Shown: positions 61,672 to 64,000 of the stretch, piece by piece
Layout: every line of letters starts with the position of its first letter
How positions within the stretch are numbered: position 1 is the stretch's first letter
Assembly (NCBI GenBank): GCA_003971905.1
Contig: RSEE01000121.1
Span: forward strand, 62,001-126,000
Source: Moniliella sp. 'wahieum'
Lineage: Eukaryota
Reading direction: 5' to 3'
DNA: 64,000 nt
The notes under the pieces: generated by a model
The model's input: the letters and a program-made list of their open reading frames with translations, nothing else
What the model was told of the DNA's origin: nothing
Database searches by the model: none
Position numbers and translations under genes: made by a program

Positions 61672-63422
61672 ATGGCGTCTGCTGAAAAGTCGACCACGAG
61701 CCTCTCGGACCTGGGCAAGGACCTGCCCGCCAGCCACGGCGCCGCCGTCGGCAAGCCCCAGATCGCCGTCCAGCCCTTTGACCAGTCGGTGGGCGCGGAC
61801 GATGCGGACGCCGACCTGGCCCGCATGGGGTACGAGCCCCAGCTCAAACGCTCCCTCGGCATGGGCGCCATCCTGGGCTTGTCCTTCAGCATCATTGCCG
61901 CGCCCTTTGGTATCTCCACATCGGCCGTCTACTCGTTGACCAATGGTGAGCACCCCGTTCCCTCATGTGCTTTTTTGTGCCACCTCGTCTTGGGCCCCCC
62001 TGCTGACACCCAGCGCCGCTTTCCTTCTTCGTTTGTGCTTGGTTCCTAGGCGGCCCCGTGACCATGCTCTGGGGCTGGGTCTTTGTCTCGCTCATCTCGG
62101 TCTGCATTGGCCGCCTCTCTGGCAGAGATCTGCTCGCAAGTGCCGTCGGCCGGGGGCGTGTATGTCTGGTCGAGTTACCTGGCACCCAAGGGCTACGCGC
62201 GTCCCATCAGCTGGCTCGTGGGCTGGATCAATGTCGCCGCCAACATTTGCCTTGCTTTGTCCATTCTCTTTGGCGGTGCCCAACTCATCCTCGCTGGCAT
62301 CTCCATCTTCCGCGATAACCAATGGGCGCCCGAGTCGTGGCATGTGATCACCATGTTCTTTGCCTGTGTCTTGGTCGCGGCGCTGGTCAACCTGTTTGGC
62401 GTCAAGTACAACTACCTCGAAGCGCTCAACACGGCCTCGATCTACTGGGGCGGCGCTAGCTGCATCTCTTCTCATCACGCTCCTCGTCATGGCCCCGCAC
62501 CGCAACAGCGGCGCCTACGTCTTTGGTGGCTGGGTCAACAGTTCCGGCTGGCCCGACGGCTGGAGCTTCTTTGTGGGCCTGCTCCAGGCCGGGTACACCT
62601 TGACGGGGTACGGCACGGTAGCCAGTTTGTGTGAAGAGTCGCGTAACCCGCGGACCGAGGTACCGCGCGCGATTGTCGGTAGTGTCTTGGCCGCCTCACT
62701 CTCCGGCTTGGTCTACATTATTCCCGTCCTCTTTGTTCTGCCCAGCATCAACGACGTGTTGGCCGCCGCCGCGGGCGAACCGATCGCCGTTGTGTTTTAC
62801 ACCGCCACCGGAGGCAAGAGCGGCGGGTTTGGCCTCCTCTTCCTCTTGCTTGGCATCTTCTTTTTGCTGGCGTAGGTTCTCTCACCGTCGCCCTCCGCGC
62901 CGTCTGGTCCTTCTCCCGCGACGGTGGCATTCCCGGCCACAAGTACTGGAGCCAGGTGAACCAGACCTTCGACTTGCCTGTCAATGCGATGATCTTGACG
63001 TCGATTGTGATTGCCGCACTGGCGTGATCTACGAAGGCGCCAGCGCCGCATTCAATGCGTTTACCGGATCCGCCACCATCTTGCTTTCTCTCTCCTACGC
63101 CATTCCCATTTGCATGTCCCTGGTCCAACGCAGGGTCAAGCTGGCCAATGCGCCCTACAGCCTCGGTGCGTTTGGTTGGTTTGCCAACATTGTCACCTTT
63201 GTCTGGATCATCCTTGCCATTGTCATCTTCTCCTGCCCGACCACGAAGGAGGTCACGCCAAGCACGATGAACTATGCCATTGTCGTCTCGGCATTTGTGG
63301 TGGTGTGTGCGGCGGGCTACTGGCTGGTCGGGCGCAAGACCTACCGCGGCCCAGTGGGCGCCATGCAAGAGGATGAGATGGAGGACTTTGCCTCGCATGA
63401 GTCCAAGCCCATGGCTGCATAA
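61672..63422 (+). CDS. APC-superfamily amino acid/GABA/polyamine permease (ACT family); intron 61946-62049
   Basis: LARMGYEPQLKRSLG..GLSFSII; |GGPVTMLWGW; SLAEICSQVPSAGGVYVWS; GYGTVASLCEE..VPRAIV; FSRDGG; MNYAIVV..YRGP. Confidence 0.92.
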
Positions 63423-63772
63423 GAGCCAACAAGGACACCCCCCCCCCCATTCCCTCACTTTCTCCCTGTTGACCCAGGTGCCCTGTCGATACCTTCCAAC
63501 CTCTTACGATCCTTTTCCATCGTTGTACCACTAATCTATCAATCCGACTGGACTGCCATCCCCCGCAATCCAATGTGAAAACACGTCACTTGGCACGATC
63601 GCAACCCTTCTTTCCAGGGTAGAGTGGGCCTATGATGCAAACAGGTCACAAGGAGAAAAAGAAAAGTAGTAATAGCAACGCATGCAAACGCCTTGGGAGT
63701 TGGGAGATAGGGAGAGCTGGAATGCCATAGCGAGTGAGTTGAGGTACCTGGCCCAGCAGTTACATGCTACAG

Positions 63773-64000
63773 TTACACCTCGGAGGTGAGGTTGTTGACC
63801 GACGAGAGCAGTTGCTGCACATCAAACTCGCCCGGGCGATTATGGAAGCGGTCCAGCAAGTCTCTCCGCTGTTGGCCGGAAGCGGCCTGGCCATGAGTCT
63901 GGCCCGGCTGCGAAAGGTAAAAGCGCTGCAGCATGCTCGCCAGCAACCCGGCGTTGGCCACGGTGAACGTGGCGTCCGTCTGGAGCGGGGCCGACAAGCG
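63773..64000 (-). CDS. 3' end of an unidentified gene entering from the right edge
   Basis: Open, coding-like frame ending RRDLLDRFHNRPGEFDVQQLLSSVNNLTSEV*, converging on the permease. Confidence 0.55.
   Translation of the reverse strand, partial: RLSAPLQTDATFTVANAGLLASMLQRFYLSQPGQTHGQAASGQQRRDLLDRFHNRPGEFDVQQLLSSVNNLTSEV

Noticed and set aside
1264..63422. Widespread frameshifts suggesting pseudogenes or programmed frameshifting
   Set aside because: They hit essential genes (NOP14, GRS1, SSC1) at scattered sites, often in homopolymers, while motifs stay intact. This is typical of unpolished long-read consensus error.

Overview
GC-rich, intron-poor fungal nuclear DNA, probably a basidiomycete (Ustilaginomycotina-like, by inference). 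Single-base indels break almost every long gene and are most likely assembly errors. Housekeeping genes in order: DBP8 and NOP14 (divergent pair), IMPACT/YIH1, proline iminopeptidase, an Nrg1-like C2H2 factor, GRS1, PEX4, a 2OG-Fe(II) dioxygenase divergent from a signal-peptide agmatinase-family enzyme, mitochondrial Hsp70, a Zn2Cys6 factor, an MDL1/ABCB10-type ABC half-transporter, a Puf3/PUM-type Pumilio protein and an ACT-family permease. Four accessory signals stand out. (i) At 18.7-24.2 kb, a three-copy tandem family of an orphan gene has a near-identical core, swapped N/C-termini and a peroxisomal SKL signal hidden in a terminal intron that each paralog handles differently. (ii) At 55171-60621, a very young Ty1/copia element has TG...TA LTRs, an in-frame UAG gag-pol junction and a PBS resembling a half-tRNA(Tyr) anticodon arm. 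(iii) There are relics of an internally deleted copia and of two restriction-like-endonuclease non-LTR elements. (iv) Period-7 micro-repeats pervade the non-coding DNA. Isolated in-frame TAG codons also interrupt otherwise continuous frames in DBP8 and the Zn2Cys6 gene.
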